A stretch of DNA of 64,000 bases from Fidelibacterota bacterium. GTDB taxonomy: Bacteria > Fidelibacterota > UBA2242. Position 1 is the stretch's first letter. Each line of letters begins with the position of its first letter. The notes under the pieces are model-generated. The model made no database searches and was not told the origin of the DNA. It saw only the letters and a program-made list of their open reading frames with translations. The position numbers and the translations under genes are program-made. The DNA lies in assembly GCA_049975265.1 (NCBI GenBank), contig JBNGDF010000009.1, forward strand, positions 1-64,000, given 5' to 3'. Positions 38,516 through 48,038 of this stretch are shown piece after piece.

Positions 38516-40699
38516 ATGATAAGGTTAACCAAGTTGGTTTTCATTATGTCTCTGGCAAGTATTGCTGCCTGGGGACAGAACTATTTTGCAACGGTTTTGA
38601 AATCGAGCGGCGCCGTATTTGTTCGTCCCAGCGGCGAAGCAGAGTATAACGTCACTGCCGAAACCGGCATGGGGTTGCATGCCGGCGATGCCATCATGAC
38701 CGGTGAAGACGGGTTTGTTGCGGTCATTTTCACGAAAGACAGGAGTCTGGTAAAAATCCGCAAAGATTCTGAAGTCACGATCCGGGAGGAATTCTCGGTC
38801 AGAACGGTAAAAATCAGTCAGGGACGGCTGCTTGCCAGCGTGACTCCCGGTGTGAAAGGCGCTTTCCGGGTGGAAACACCCACCTCTGTAGCCTCGGTTA
38901 AAGGTACCCAATTCTGGACGGTTACGAACAGCCAGTATGGCGATCGCTTCTACGGCGTCGAGGGAAATGTGAATGTGATGAATCTGATCACCGGTGTCGA
39001 GACCAATCTGGCGCCCGGTCAGATGATCATCTCAACACCGCAGGGGCAGCTGGTCAATATGCCTGTAGATGAATCGGAAATTCCTCAGGACATTGATCCG
39101 GATGAAGTTCAGCCGGCACCCGAACCGGAGCCGGAACTTCCGCCGGAAGAGGAGCAGGTGTATCAGCCGCAACCGCAAACCACCCAGCCGGGCGCTGCAG
39201 AAACGGCGGCTGCTCCTTCAGAAATGCTGGCTGAAGAGGCTGCCGAACCGCTGGAGAAGAGCGGCGGGGGTAAGCCTTTCGGGATGGGACTCGGTCTTGG
39301 CTCTGTGACCATTGACAATAAAATCTACAATCAGATTGCCCTGCGCCCGGAATTCAGATTCGGTAAACTGGCAATTGCCCTGGATGTCGCCATTTACATG
39401 GATGAACAGGGCAAAATCCGGGAAGAAGAATGGAACGAATTATCGGATTATATCGACAAATTTTACTACATCCGGTGGGCTCAGCCGGGCGATCCGTTCT
39501 TCGCAAAATTGGGTGCCATGGATAATGTCACCATGGGATACGGAATTCTCATGAACGGCTATTCCAACACCACCGAATATCCGCAGGTTCGAAAAGTCGG
39601 GATCCATACCGGAATGCAGATGGAGAAACTGGGCTGGGAAGCCTTTATCGCCAACGCCAAAGAGATTACCGGACCGGGTCTGCTGGCGACGCGTGTCAAC
39701 TACAAACCGTTAAAAAAATTGCCTCTGAGGGTTGGAGGTACCGTCGTAGCCGACCTCTATCCTTACAAGGGTTTGCCGGATTCTGATGAAGACGAAGTCG
39801 CCGATGCTCTGGACCTCTATCCCGACAAAGACGATAACGATGTGATTGATGATTTAAGAAGTAATTTCAGTGCCGCGCAGCGGGAATTCCTCAGGTCTAT
39901 CGGGTACGATATGCCCAGTGAATCGATTATTGACAAAGGCATCACCAAACTGTCCGATTATGATCGCATCATGAACGGAGCCCTGGCGGTAGATGTCGGT
40001 ATGCCGGTACTGAATATGAAGTTCCTGAAGCTGGACGTATACGGACAGGCTGCCTCCTTTATACCAAAAGAGGATTCCGCCTATGTTTGGAATCCTCTCA
40101 GCAAAGAATACGAAGGCGAGGCATTCACGCCCGGTTTTGGGTTTGCTGTTCCGGGTGTCCGCGCTAATCTGTTCCGAATCGCCAATCTGACGTTGGAATA
40201 CCGCTATGCCGGGAAGAATTTCCTCTTCGGATTCTGGGACCGGGCGTACGATTATGAGCGCGTTCAGATTCGCAATAATGAAATTTATACCAAACAGCAA
40301 ATGAAGCTGAGGCAGGATCCCATGCAGGGTATCTTCGGTGCTTTTGATGTGAATATCCTGAACTATATCGTTCTCGGCAGCTACTACCAGCATATGTTTA
40401 CTTCCGGCAATGAAATCAAGAGCTTCATGGCGACGGCATCGATTCCCAAAGGTAAAATTCCAAAGCTGGCGGACGCCACCGCATTTTACCAACGCAATAA
40501 TGACATGGATCCGTTTGATTTTAATAATCCGTCGGAAAATACCATCCTCGGTTACAAGGTCGGTTTCGAACTGGGTGGCGGTGCGGTGATCTACTATGTT
40601 TTTCAGAAAACCTATCGCGACTTCGACGGCAGTGGTGTCATTGATCCCAAGACCGAATCGGTGTCGATCACGACCATCGAAACCGGATTCAGTTTCTAG
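38516..40699 (+). CDS. FecR-domain protein fused to a C-terminal outer-membrane beta-barrel
   Basis: Signal peptide; FecR motifs GDAIMTGEDG and FRVETPTSVASVKGTQF; Pro/Glu linker; beta-rich C-terminal half ending IETGFSF. Confidence 0.8.
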   Translation: MIRLTKLVFIMSLASIAAWGQNYFATVLKSSGAVFVRPSGEAEYNVTAETGMGLHAGDAIMTGEDGFVAVIFTKDRSLVKIRKDSEVTIREEFSVRTVKISQGRLLASVTPGVKGAFRVETPTSVASVKGTQFWTVTNSQYGDRFYGVEGNVNVMNLITGVETNLAPGQMIISTPQGQLVNMPVDESEIPQDIDPDEVQPAPEPEPELPPEEEQVYQPQPQTTQPGAAETAAAPSEMLAEEAAEPLEKSGGGKPFGMGLGLGSVTIDNKIYNQIALRPEFRFGKLAIALDVAIYMDEQGKIREEEWNELSDYIDKFYYIRWAQPGDPFFAKLGAMDNVTMGYGILMNGYSNTTEYPQVRKVGIHTGMQMEKLGWEAFIANAKEITGPGLLATRVNYKPLKKLPLRVGGTVVADLYPYKGLPDSDEDEVADALDLYPDKDDNDVIDDLRSNFSAAQREFLRSIGYDMPSESIIDKGITKLSDYDRIMNGALAVDVGMPVLNMKFLKLDVYGQAASFIPKEDSAYVWNPLSKEYEGEAFTPGFGFAVPGVRANLFRIANLTLEYRYAGKNFLFGFWDRAYDYERVQIRNNEIYTKQQMKLRQDPMQGIFGAFDVNILNYIVLGSYYQHMFTSGNEIKSFMATASIPKGKIPKLADATAFYQRNNDMDPFDFNNPSENTILGYKVGFELGGGAVIYYVFQKTYRDFDGSGVIDPKTESVSITTIETGFSF

Positions 40700-40702
40700 A
40701 AT

Positions 40703-41629
40703 ATGAGCGAACGGATCGTCAAAATATCCCCTTGGAAAGAAAAATCCCGCCCGCCAGCGGGATTTTTTCTGAAGAGATTAAGCAGATCGTGGTTGCTCAT
40801 TTCCGGATTATTACTGATTTTGACGAATCTGAAAGCGGATGTGGTTCTGGCCCTGCACGAGGCGGTGGGTGCTGAAGTGGACATTATCGAAAAGACTCAT
40901 TACCGGTTGTTTCCCGATATTCACAACTTTATCAGCGCTCAGTTTTATCTGCTCCCGAACGATAGCGTCGTTGCAAGGATTCAATCCTGGAATGCCGCCG
41001 AGCCGGTGACCTATTACCACAAATTTTACAGCCTTTATGAATTCCACCGGCTGGGACAGGAGATCGGCAGTCAGGCACCGCCCGAGCGGGAGAAAATTGA
41101 GTTTCTCCAGCGCAAATACAAACCGCTCTTCGCAGAAGAGCATCTGCGCCGGTTACCCTCCGATTCCTACTGCCTGATCAGGACAAAGGATCGTAAAGAG
41201 TACCAGGGACTTTTTGTGAAACTGAGTGGTCAAAATATCCGCATTCTGGATGATAACCAACTCCTGGATATTCCGGTTGCTTCTATCGCCACATTGAAAT
41301 ATTGGGAAGTAGATCAACCGGTGAAAATTCTCCAATGGGCAACACTGGCGGGATTTGCCGCCATCGGATTGACTGGCGGACAGCTGGTTGCCGTCGTTCT
41401 AAGGATTTCCGCCCACCAGACCGGTCTGTATCTCTTTTCCGGTGCTGTTGTCGGAATTGCAGTCGGGTATCAGGCGATTCCCGTTATAGTGGAAAAACTT
41501 AGACCGAAAACCGTGATTGAGTTTCGTAAAAGCAAGATAAAAAGGCTTGACTCTATCGGACGTATCACCTATACTTTTAAAAAATTGAAAGGGAAAATAT
41601 GCCGGACCCGCGAATCAGATCGAGACTAA
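40703..41629 (+). CDS. Hypothetical exported/membrane protein
   Basis: 308-aa ORF; the signal-like LKRLSRSWLLISGLLLILTNLKA suggests a real start near 40769, after the terminator; two C-terminal TM helices. Confidence 0.65.
   Translation: MSERIVKISPWKEKSRPPAGFFLKRLSRSWLLISGLLLILTNLKADVVLALHEAVGAEVDIIEKTHYRLFPDIHNFISAQFYLLPNDSVVARIQSWNAAEPVTYYHKFYSLYEFHRLGQEIGSQAPPEREKIEFLQRKYKPLFAEEHLRRLPSDSYCLIRTKDRKEYQGLFVKLSGQNIRILDDNQLLDIPVASIATLKYWEVDQPVKILQWATLAGFAAIGLTGGQLVAVVLRISAHQTGLYLFSGAVVGIAVGYQAIPVIVEKLRPKTVIEFRKSKIKRLDSIGRITYTFKKLKGKICRTRESDRD
40738..40770 (+). terminator. Intrinsic terminator after the FecR-barrel gene
   Basis: AAAAATCCCGC-CCGCCA-GCGGGATTTTTT. Confidence 0.75.
41547..41575 (+). 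promoter_or_regulatory. Near-consensus sigma70 promoter for the 41599 gene
   Basis: TTGACT-17 nt-TATACT inside the 3' end of the upstream ORF. Confidence 0.6.
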
Positions 41630-42120
41630 ACCGCCGAACAGACAGAGACGCTGAGGCGCAGGAACAGGATCGCCGCAACGATATCGATTTCAGTGAGCCT
41701 GACAAGCGTCGCGACTACCTGAAACAGCGGCTGGATGATATTCTGGACAATATCGGGCAGAGCTATGGAAAGCGGATGGCGGAGGAGCTGATGAAGCGAC
41801 TGCAGAAGACGGTTCTGGATTTTAATGCAGAAGTCAATCAGATGCTGGACAAACTGGAAGTAATCGAAGAGGAACGGCGCAAAGAGGCGGAGGCAGAAAA
41901 GGTTTCGGCTGAGCAGCCTGTGGATACGAAAGCGGGCGAAGGGGGTGAGGGAGAGACGGAGCCCTCGGAAGACGAATTTGCCAATATGAGTGATTTTGAA
42001 AAGCGGATCGAGATGCTGGAGCGGAAGAAAAAACAGAACAACGATGAGATAAAAAAAGCCGCCGAAGAAGCCGAAAAAAAGCCGCAGAAAAAAGGGCTGT
42101 TTCGCCGTAAAAATAAATAA
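41599..42120 (+). CDS. Highly charged coiled-coil hypothetical protein
   Basis: 173 aa, D/E/K/R-rich; RBS GAAAGGGA; own promoter. Confidence 0.7.
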   Translation: MPDPRIRSRLNRRTDRDAEAQEQDRRNDIDFSEPDKRRDYLKQRLDDILDNIGQSYGKRMAEELMKRLQKTVLDFNAEVNQMLDKLEVIEEERRKEAEAEKVSAEQPVDTKAGEGGEGETEPSEDEFANMSDFEKRIEMLERKKKQNNDEIKKAAEEAEKKPQKKGLFRRKNK

Positions 42121-42175
42121 ATTAGTTTTTTGAAACCAGAGCGGATTTTAATAAGTTTAACCCTGCTTTTTGAAT

Positions 42176-42248
42176 GGGGCTGTAGCTCAGCTGGGAGAGC
42201 GCAGCGTTCGCAATGCTGAGGTCGTGGGTTCGATCCCCATCAGCTCCA
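42176..42248 (+). tRNA. tRNA-Ala (anticodon CGC)
   Basis: GGGGCTGTAGCTCAGCTGGGAGAGCGCAGCGTTCGCAATGCTGAGGTCGTGGGTTCGATCCCCATCAGCTCCA; G3:U70 pair; CCA not encoded. Confidence 0.97.
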
Positions 42249-42271
42249 CTGATCTTTGATGAGACACCCTA

Positions 42272-42544
42272 TGGCTATGCTACACGGGGAGCCAGCGGTG
42301 CCCTGTAACCTGCAAACCGCTATAGCAGGGTGGAAGCCAGGCAGCGGGTCATGTTTTTGGTTATTTCGTTGTGATGTGCAGCGATGACACTTTCCATTTT
42401 GCGCAATAAAAGGTTGGCAAACCCCGTCAGGCCCGGAAGGGAGCAGCGGTAGCCGGTTCTTTTATGTGCCGCAAAATACCCGAAAGCGAGCCCGCAGTCA
42501 TAACGGAGTAGTGAAAAACGGATTCAATGCCTGGTGCATAGCCA
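42272..42544 (+). ncRNA. ffs: Large bacterial SRP RNA (with Alu domain)
   Basis: Closing stem TGGCTATGC/GCATAGCCA; Alu-like GGGGAGCCAGCGGTGCCCTGTAACCTGCAAACCGCTATAGCAGGG; helix 8 TCAGGCCCGGAAGGGAGCAG; directly upstream of dnaX. Confidence 0.93.
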
Positions 42545-42553
42545 GTTTTTATT

Positions 42554-44209
42554 ATGAGTTATCAAGCAATATCCCGCAAATATCGCCCACAAACATTCGA
42601 TGAGGTCATTGGTCAGTCCCATATCTGTGCCACGCTGAAGAATGCCATCAAAGCCAACCGGATTTCCCACGCCTATCTATTCACCGGTTCCCGGGGTATC
42701 GGCAAGACCTCCACTGCCCGGATTCTTGCCAAGAGTCTGAACTGCCTGCAGCCAAAGGGCGTCGATCCCTGTAATGAATGCCAAAACTGCAAAGAAATTA
42801 CCGCCGGAAACAGCATGGATGTTCTGGAAATCGACGGCGCTTCGAACCGCGGGATCGATCAGATTCGGGACCTCCGGGAAAATGTCAAGTATCCGCCTTC
42901 CAACTCCAAATACCGGATTTTTATTATTGATGAAGTGCACATGCTGACCAAGGAGGCTTTCAACGCCCTGCTGAAGACCCTGGAAGAGCCGCCCAGTCAT
43001 GTGATTTTTATCTTTGCCACCACCGAACCGCTGAAGATTCCGGCGACGATTATTTCCCGCTGCCAGCGCTATGATTTCCACCGAATTCCAATTCGCGAAA
43101 TCGCTGATCATTTAAAAAAGATCGCTGGCAAGGAGCAGGTGGAGATAGCGCCGGAGATTCTGATGCTCCTGGCAAAAAAAGCCGGAGGCGGAATGCGGGA
43201 TGCCGAGAGTCTTCTCGACCAGTTGATTGCCTTTTCCGGGCAGTCGGTTTCCAGTGACGACGCCAAACAGGTACTCAGCCTGATCGATTATGATTATTAT
43301 TTCGACATTGGGAATAAAATTCTTGCCAACGATACCGCCGCGCTTTTACAGATTGCCGGAAATGTTATCGATGAAGGAATCAATCTGAGTGAATTCTTTT
43401 CGGGCTTTTCGGAGCATTTTCGAAATCTGCTGATCGCCAAGTCGACCGGTTCGGTGGCGATGCTGGATATGCTGGACGATATGAAAGAGCGTTATGTCGA
43501 AGAGAGCCAAAAATGGGAAGTCGGCGACCTTTTACGCCTGATTAAATTGATCAATGAAGCCGAAATCGGTCTGAAAAATGCACTGAATCAGCGCCTGTAC
43601 ATCGAATTCAACCTGTTCCGTTTGGGAGTGATGACAAAAACGGTAACCGTTGAGGAGATTTTAGGAGCACTGAACAACCCCTCCTATTTTTCTAAAACCA
43701 CGCAGGTCCGTGAAACCACCGATCTGTTCCAGTCTCCCGACTCTAAAACCGCACCGGTAAAGAATGAACCGGTAAAATCGGTACAAGAACGAGATAAACG
43801 AATCCCACCCGAACAGTCTGAGGAAAGCCGGCAGACAAAGTCACCAATTGAATCAGAAAAATCTGAAATTACTATTGATACGGTAAAGGAAAAATGGGAG
43901 ACACTTATCGCCAATGTCGCCAGTACCAATCCTTCGGTGGCATCGTTTTTAAGCATGGGGCAACCGGAAGCGATCGAAGGCAAGCGCCTCACGATTGTAT
44001 TCCGGAATGGAGCAACCTTTCATCTGAAGAGTATTCAGTCGAAAGCCGCGCTGATCGAAGCATGCCTCGAAAAAATCCTCGGTCAATCGCTGAAAATCAA
44101 ATGTATTGAATCGGCGGTAAAGGATTCCGCCGGTAGTGACACGGAAACGATCAACACCATTACCCGGAAGGTTATCGATATCTTCGGCGGTGAAATCATT
44201 CCAACATAA
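42554..44209 (+). CDS. dnaX: DNA polymerase III subunit gamma/tau
   Basis: RKYRPQTF, GSRGIGKTS, EIDGASN, IIDEVHML, SRCQ. Confidence 0.97.
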   Translation: MSYQAISRKYRPQTFDEVIGQSHICATLKNAIKANRISHAYLFTGSRGIGKTSTARILAKSLNCLQPKGVDPCNECQNCKEITAGNSMDVLEIDGASNRGIDQIRDLRENVKYPPSNSKYRIFIIDEVHMLTKEAFNALLKTLEEPPSHVIFIFATTEPLKIPATIISRCQRYDFHRIPIREIADHLKKIAGKEQVEIAPEILMLLAKKAGGGMRDAESLLDQLIAFSGQSVSSDDAKQVLSLIDYDYYFDIGNKILANDTAALLQIAGNVIDEGINLSEFFSGFSEHFRNLLIAKSTGSVAMLDMLDDMKERYVEESQKWEVGDLLRLIKLINEAEIGLKNALNQRLYIEFNLFRLGVMTKTVTVEEILGALNNPSYFSKTTQVRETTDLFQSPDSKTAPVKNEPVKSVQERDKRIPPEQSEESRQTKSPIESEKSEITIDTVKEKWETLIANVASTNPSVASFLSMGQPEAIEGKRLTIVFRNGATFHLKSIQSKAALIEACLEKILGQSLKIKCIESAVKDSAGSDTETINTITRKVIDIFGGEIIPT

Positions 44210-44214
44210 GGAGC

Positions 44215-44559
44215 ATGACAATGATACCCAAAGGCGGTTTGAATAATATGATGAAACAGTTTTCAAAAATGCAGCAACAGATGGAGAAAATCCAGGATGA
44301 ACTGGCGGACCTGACCGTGGAAGGAAGTGCCGGCGGGGGAATGGTGAAAGTCATCGCCAACGGCAAACAGGAGATCATATCGGTTAAAATCGATCCCGAA
44401 GTGATAACCGATGATATTGAGATGATTGAAGATTTGGTGGTCGCCGCCACAAATCAGGCGCTGACAAAAGCCCAGGAACTCTCACAGGAGAAAATGGCGG
44501 GTCTGACCAGCGGACTGCTTCCCAATCTGCCCGGGGGCTTTAAAATACCGGGACTATGA
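44215..44559 (+). CDS. ybaB: YbaB/EbfC nucleoid-associated protein
   Basis: GSAGGGMVKV, EDLVVAA; between dnaX and recR. Confidence 0.95.
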   Translation: MTMIPKGGLNNMMKQFSKMQQQMEKIQDELADLTVEGSAGGGMVKVIANGKQEIISVKIDPEVITDDIEMIEDLVVAATNQALTKAQELSQEKMAGLTSGLLPNLPGGFKIPGL

Positions 44560-45149
44560 ATATGTTACCCGCATCTCTGCAGACTTTGATCGATCGCCTT
44601 TCCCGTTTTCCGGGGGTTGGCAACAAGTCGGCTCAACGGCTCGCTTTTTTTATTCTGAAACATTCAAGGGAGGATGCCGTCGCTCTGGCAAAGGCGATCA
44701 TTGACGTGAAAGACCGTATTTCCGAGTGCAGCCAGTGCCACAATATCGCCGAAACAGACCCCTGCCATATCTGCAGTGACCCGAAGCGTGATCGTAGCAC
44801 TCTGTGTGTCGTTCAGGATGTCATGGATGTGCTGGCGATTGAAAAGATCAGTCGGTACCGAGGTCTTTATCACGTTCTCGGTGGCGTTCTCTCGCCGCTG
44901 AACGGAATCGGTCCCGAAGATTTGCACATTGACGATCTGATGACCCGCCTGGATAACGTCAAGGAGGTGATATTGGCTATCAATCCAAGCCGTGACGGTG
45001 AAACCACGTCCCTTTATTTGCAAAAATTGTTGAAGGATAAGGGTGTCCGGATCAGCCGGATTGCACAGGGCTTGCCGATGGGAATCGACCTGGAATTTGC
45101 CGACGAGCTGACGTTGACAAAGGCGTTGGAGGGCAGAACGTTATTATAA
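44556..45149 (+). CDS. recR: Recombination mediator RecR
   Basis: PGVGNKSAQR, C4 zinc finger, YHVLGGVLSP, Toprim domain. Confidence 0.97.
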   Translation: MNMLPASLQTLIDRLSRFPGVGNKSAQRLAFFILKHSREDAVALAKAIIDVKDRISECSQCHNIAETDPCHICSDPKRDRSTLCVVQDVMDVLAIEKISRYRGLYHVLGGVLSPLNGIGPEDLHIDDLMTRLDNVKEVILAINPSRDGETTSLYLQKLLKDKGVRISRIAQGLPMGIDLEFADELTLTKALEGRTLL

Positions 45150-45754
45150 TGAGCAAAAGGGTTTTAACTCGCGCCAATTTTGTGACAACTTCCAGAATTC
45201 TGTTAACACCGCTGTTTCTCTATTTTCTCTTCGGTGGACGGGAATATTTCGAAATCTTTGCGCTGATCATCTTTATTATTGCTTCGGTGACCGATGCATA
45301 CGATGGGTATGTAGCCCGGAAATACCGGGAAGAGACACCACTGGGTAAATTTCTGGATCCCCTGGCGGATAAGGTTCTCATGTCGGCGGCTTTTATCTCC
45401 TTTGTGATTATGGATTTAATTCCGCTCTGGATGGTCATTCTGGTTATTCTGCGTGATTTTATGGTGACCGGCATTCGGATTATGATGTCCACGCGGGATA
45501 AAATCATGGTTACCCGTAAATCGGCAAAAGCCAAAACCGGTGCTCAGATCGGGGCCGTCTGCTTCATTCTCGTTTATATCATAACCCAGCGCTGGAAAAT
45601 ATTTTTCGGAATATCGGATTATGTTAAAATATTAGAAGATTATCATGTCATTTATATCCTCATGCTGCTGGTTACGATATTTACCGTATGGACAGGCATT
45701 GAGTATATCATCGTCAATCGACAAGTGTTCAAAGAATATCTGCGAAAGTCTTGA
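45149..45754 (+). CDS. pgsA: CDP-diacylglycerol--glycerol-3-phosphate 3-phosphatidyltransferase
   Basis: TDAYDGYVAR...GKFLDPLADK CDP-alcohol phosphotransferase motif. Confidence 0.9.
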   Translation: MSKRVLTRANFVTTSRILLTPLFLYFLFGGREYFEIFALIIFIIASVTDAYDGYVARKYREETPLGKFLDPLADKVLMSAAFISFVIMDLIPLWMVILVILRDFMVTGIRIMMSTRDKIMVTRKSAKAKTGAQIGAVCFILVYIITQRWKIFFGISDYVKILEDYHVIYILMLLVTIFTVWTGIEYIIVNRQVFKEYLRKS

Positions 45755-46218
45755 AGAAAATTTCATTAATTAGAACGGCAGCCTCGTTTTTTTATGTCGG
45801 CTTTTTTCCGGTTGCGCCCGGCACATGGGCAAGTCTGATCGCCATGCTGATCTGGCTGTTGCTGCCGGTTCAGTCCGTTATCATCCGGACCATTATCGTC
45901 GGTCTGGCATTTGTCACTGGACTCTATGTAGCCAATGCCGCCGAGATACAGGCTGGTGTCGACGATCCGGCGTATGTGGTGATTGACGAGGTAGCGGGAA
46001 TGTGGCTGGCGCTGCTGCTGCTGCCGAAATTCGAATATCCGCAATCTTTTTTATGGGCGCTGATCGCTTTTCTGATCTTTCGAATTTTCGATATCACCAA
46101 AATTTTTCCCATTAACAGGCTGGAAAAGATGAGTGGCGGTTTCGGGATTATGCTGGATGATATTGCCGCCGGTCTCTTTACCGCCGTGCTGCTCAATCTG
46201 ATCATCTGGATCGTATAA
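45751..46218 (+). CDS. pgpA: Phosphatidylglycerophosphatase A
   Basis: APGTWAS, DPAYVVIDEVAG, FRIFDITK, GIMLDD. Confidence 0.93.
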   Translation: MKKISLIRTAASFFYVGFFPVAPGTWASLIAMLIWLLLPVQSVIIRTIIVGLAFVTGLYVANAAEIQAGVDDPAYVVIDEVAGMWLALLLLPKFEYPQSFLWALIAFLIFRIFDITKIFPINRLEKMSGGFGIMLDDIAAGLFTAVLLNLIIWIV

Positions 46219-46219
46219 C

Positions 46220-47458
46220 ATGATTGCCAAAATCATCGCCATCGGCAGTGAACTACTGAACGGTTCTGTCGCGGAATCCAATTCGCGTTTCCTAATCAGC
46301 GCACTGAAGTCGATCGGGCTGTCCGTGGCTGCCGTCAAATTGATCAGGGATGACGTTGCTTCCATCGTAAGAGCGCTGGAATGCGAAAGTGATGCCGATA
46401 TCCTGCTGATCACCGGAGGGCTCGGTCCCACTCACGACGATGTAACGGTGAAAGCGGCGGCGAACTATTTTCGGTGCGAACTGGTTTTCAGCGATATCGC
46501 CATGCAGCGCATGCAGATGCTCTTCAAAAACCGGGGCGCTGCTGCTGTTCTGAATAATACAAATCGGCGACAGGCAATGGTGCCCGCAAAAGCAGAACTG
46601 ATTCCAAATCCTATCGGAACCGCTCAGGGATTAAAATTCAAAAAGGGCAAAACAGTCTTCTATTTTATGCCAGGTGTGCCTGTCGAAATGGAACAGATGA
46701 TGACGGGCTGTATCCTACAGGAGCTCAGGCAGTTTTCCCATAAAGCGAATATCTCGACGACTATACATACCACCAGTGTCCCGGAATCCATCCTATTTCG
46801 CAGGATAGAGCACTGGATTGAAAAAAATCAGGATATTGAGGTGTCGATATTGCCGCATTTCCCGGAAGTGGATATCGTGATTTCCGCTGATCTGTCAAAA
46901 GGGGGAAAACCGGGGTTTGAAAAAGCGTTGTCGGAGCTGACGGAGATTTTGGGTGATGATCGATACGGTGACAATCAAGATTCCTTGGAACTGGTCGTCG
47001 CTCGACAATTGCTGAGCAACCATTTGACCATCGCCACGGCGGAGTCCTGCACCGGAGGATTAATTGCCAACCGCCTGACCAATATTTCCGGCAGTTCCGC
47101 CTATTTTCGGCAGGGGATGATCTGCTATAGCAACCAATCGAAAACAGAGCAGCTGGGTGTGCCGGACAGGATATTGGCGGATTTTGGTGCCGTCAGCCGG
47201 CAGACTGCTCTGGAAATGGCGGTAAGCATCCGCCGGATCGCCCAGACCGACGTTGGTCTGAGCACAACCGGAATCGCCGGACCCACCGGAGGTTCAGCGG
47301 GAAAGCCAGTGGGGACGGTTTATATCGGACTGAACATCGGCGATCACCAGGTGGTCTTCCATTTTCGATACAACCGCGACCGGCTGTCCAATAAAATATA
47401 CTTTTCGCAAATGGCTTTAAATCAATTACGACTACAATTAAAAAGGGTTTATGGATAA
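46220..47458 (+). CDS. cinA: CinA-family protein (molybdopterin-binding domain + NMN deamidase)
   Basis: IGSELLNG, TGGLGPTHDD, AESCTGG, TGIAGP. Confidence 0.94.
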   Translation: MIAKIIAIGSELLNGSVAESNSRFLISALKSIGLSVAAVKLIRDDVASIVRALECESDADILLITGGLGPTHDDVTVKAAANYFRCELVFSDIAMQRMQMLFKNRGAAAVLNNTNRRQAMVPAKAELIPNPIGTAQGLKFKKGKTVFYFMPGVPVEMEQMMTGCILQELRQFSHKANISTTIHTTSVPESILFRRIEHWIEKNQDIEVSILPHFPEVDIVISADLSKGGKPGFEKALSELTEILGDDRYGDNQDSLELVVARQLLSNHLTIATAESCTGGLIANRLTNISGSSAYFRQGMICYSNQSKTEQLGVPDRILADFGAVSRQTALEMAVSIRRIAQTDVGLSTTGIAGPTGGSAGKPVGTVYIGLNIGDHQVVFHFRYNRDRLSNKIYFSQMALNQLRLQLKRVYG

Positions 47459-48020
47459 GCGTCTTTTTCTTGCGGTAAACGTTTCAGAGCAGACCCGCTC
47501 GCTGATCCGGGCTGTTCAATCAGAACTGCATTTTGACAAGTCCAGGATTCGATTTGTCAGTCCGCAGAACGTGCATGTGACCCTGAAATTTCTGGGCGAT
47601 GTACCTGCTGATCGGATTCCTCAGATCATTCGCCAGGTTGAAAGTTCTCTTAGCAGTTTTCAAAATTTTAATTATATTTGTGAAGGGACCGGTGTGTTTC
47701 CCAATATTAAAAAACCGCGTGTGCTCTGGCTGGGAATCACGGAGGGCTCGGAAATTTTGAGTGAGTTGAGTCTAATTCTAAATGATGCGCTAAAAGAAGA
47801 AATGCCTGTAAATCAGGAAGATAGGGAATTTCACTCGCATATTACCTTAGGTCGTGTGAAGTATTTCAATTTTCAGAAAGATGCTGTTGATTTGCGCCGG
47901 TTTTTAGAGATGAAATTTGAGAAGATCGTCAATAGAGTGGGAGAAGTTGTGCTCTATGAGAGTTTTTTGAGACCCAAAGGGGCAGTCTACAATGCCGTGC
48001 ATAAATTTAAATTAACATAG
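47451..48020 (+). CDS. thpR: RNA 2',3'-cyclic phosphodiesterase (2H family)
   Basis: RLFLA, HVTLKFLG, PRVLW, HITLGR. Confidence 0.92.
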   Translation: MDKRLFLAVNVSEQTRSLIRAVQSELHFDKSRIRFVSPQNVHVTLKFLGDVPADRIPQIIRQVESSLSSFQNFNYICEGTGVFPNIKKPRVLWLGITEGSEILSELSLILNDALKEEMPVNQEDREFHSHITLGRVKYFNFQKDAVDLRRFLEMKFEKIVNRVGEVVLYESFLRPKGAVYNAVHKFKLT

Positions 48021-48038
48021 AAAACAGGAGTATCCATT

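Noticed and set aside
43174..43181. AAAAAAAG slippery site as the dnaX gamma/tau frameshift
   Set aside because: It lies at about codon 207, inside the clamp-loader core, so a shift there would truncate before the oligomerisation domain.
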